From Candidatus Fermentibacteraceae bacterium (GTDB taxonomy: Bacteria; Fermentibacterota; Fermentibacteria; Fermentibacterales; JCC-6): a stretch of DNA of 64,000 nucleotides. Position 1 is the stretch's first letter, and every line of letters begins with the position of its first letter. The notes under the pieces are model-generated. The model saw only the letters and a program-made list of their open reading frames with translations, searched no databases and had not been told where the DNA came from. Positions 63,582 to 64,000 of this stretch are shown piece after piece. A program made the translations under genes and the position numbers. The stretch spans positions 43,591 to 107,590 of the forward strand of contig JBGSZS010000016.1 of the NCBI GenBank assembly GCA_041750285.1. The letters run 5' to 3'.

Positions 63582-63681
63582 TCACCCCGTCGTTGTGAGC
63601 GAAGTGAAGCAATCCAGCGGCTTTACACGTATCATATAAGGGCACTGGATTGCTTCGCTTCGCTCGCAACGACGGGGGTGA
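63582..63681. repeat. Long palindromic element (REP/RPE/MITE-like)
   Basis: Arms GTCGTTGTGAGCGAAGTGAAGCAATCCAG and CTGGATTGCTTCGCTTCGCTCGCAACGAC, extended by TCACCCC/GGGGTGA. Confidence 0.8.
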
Positions 63682-63778
63682 GCAATTGCGAATAATCATA
63701 ACTTGTACGGCCTCTGTTCATTAGTTCCTTGATCTAAGTGGAATTATCATGCAGACATTATAATTTCAAACGGGTACT

Positions 63779-64000
63779 ATGAAAATGCAATCAATCGATC
63801 TTCTTGTTCAAGCGAAATGGGTCATTACCGGTGATCCAAAAAATCAAATGTTAGAACATCATGCGGTCGCGATAAAAGACGGTGTAATACACGATATTTT
63901 GCCGATTGCTACTGCTGTAGAACGTTACTCTGCGACAACTGTCGAGCATTTTTTGTCTCATGCTGTGTCAGCAGGTTTTATTAATGCACATACTCATATT
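63779..64000 (+). CDS. TRZ/ATZ (MtaD-like) amidohydrolase, 5' part only
   Basis: Not in the ORF track. Manual translation MKMQSIDLLVQAKWVITGD...LEHHAVAIKDGVI...SAGFINAHTHI contains the HxH metal motif. Confidence 0.85.
   Translation, partial: MKMQSIDLLVQAKWVITGDPKNQMLEHHAVAIKDGVIHDILPIATAVERYSATTVEHFLSHAVSAGFINAHTHI

Noticed and set aside
1..64000. CRISPR array, rRNA, prophage, reverse transcriptase/DGR, intein
   Set aside because: No regularly spaced repeats, rRNA-like tracts, phage structural genes or RT motifs were seen, and DnaE is normal length.

Overview
Positions 1-63293 are GC-rich (visibly about 60-65%), densely coded, mostly minus-strand chromosome of an anaerobic Gram-negative bacterium. 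The PorU/PorV-like genes, five proteins with a Por/FlgD-type C-terminal sorting domain and an [FeFe]-hydrogenase suggest an FCB-superphylum lineage such as Fermentibacterota/Hyd24-12; this is inference only. The window contains: (1) a long core run (PHP, mreBCD-mrdA-rodA, lgt, comF, dnaE, M29 aminopeptidase, Trm112, DUF167, TPR protein, DUF5916 protein); (2) an HD dNTPase-like gene, an ankyrin gene, a hybrid kinase with an eroded ATP-binding domain and an integron-integrase-like recombinase with an eroded active site; (3) a REC-hydCBA operon with non-bifurcating signatures; (4) sahR-ahcY with a clear operator; (5) a cyclase-STAND-TPR gene; (6) a tightly coupled 8-gene, ~15 kb T9SS-like surface-protein operon (PorU, PorV, catalytically dead M6 protease, HExxH protease, large barrel, Omp85), which is the best candidate for an undescribed system; (7) the ffh-rpsP-khpA-rimM-trmD-rplS-rnhB/yraN operon, rpe, a PASTA gene, nrdR and tRNA-His/Lys/Arg. 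Right after tRNA-Arg the sequence turns abruptly AT-rich (ISL3 remnant, long palindrome, MtaD-like gene start), which is either an island or a chimeric join. No CRISPR array or rRNA was seen. Family calls come from motifs recognised by eye; no searches were run.
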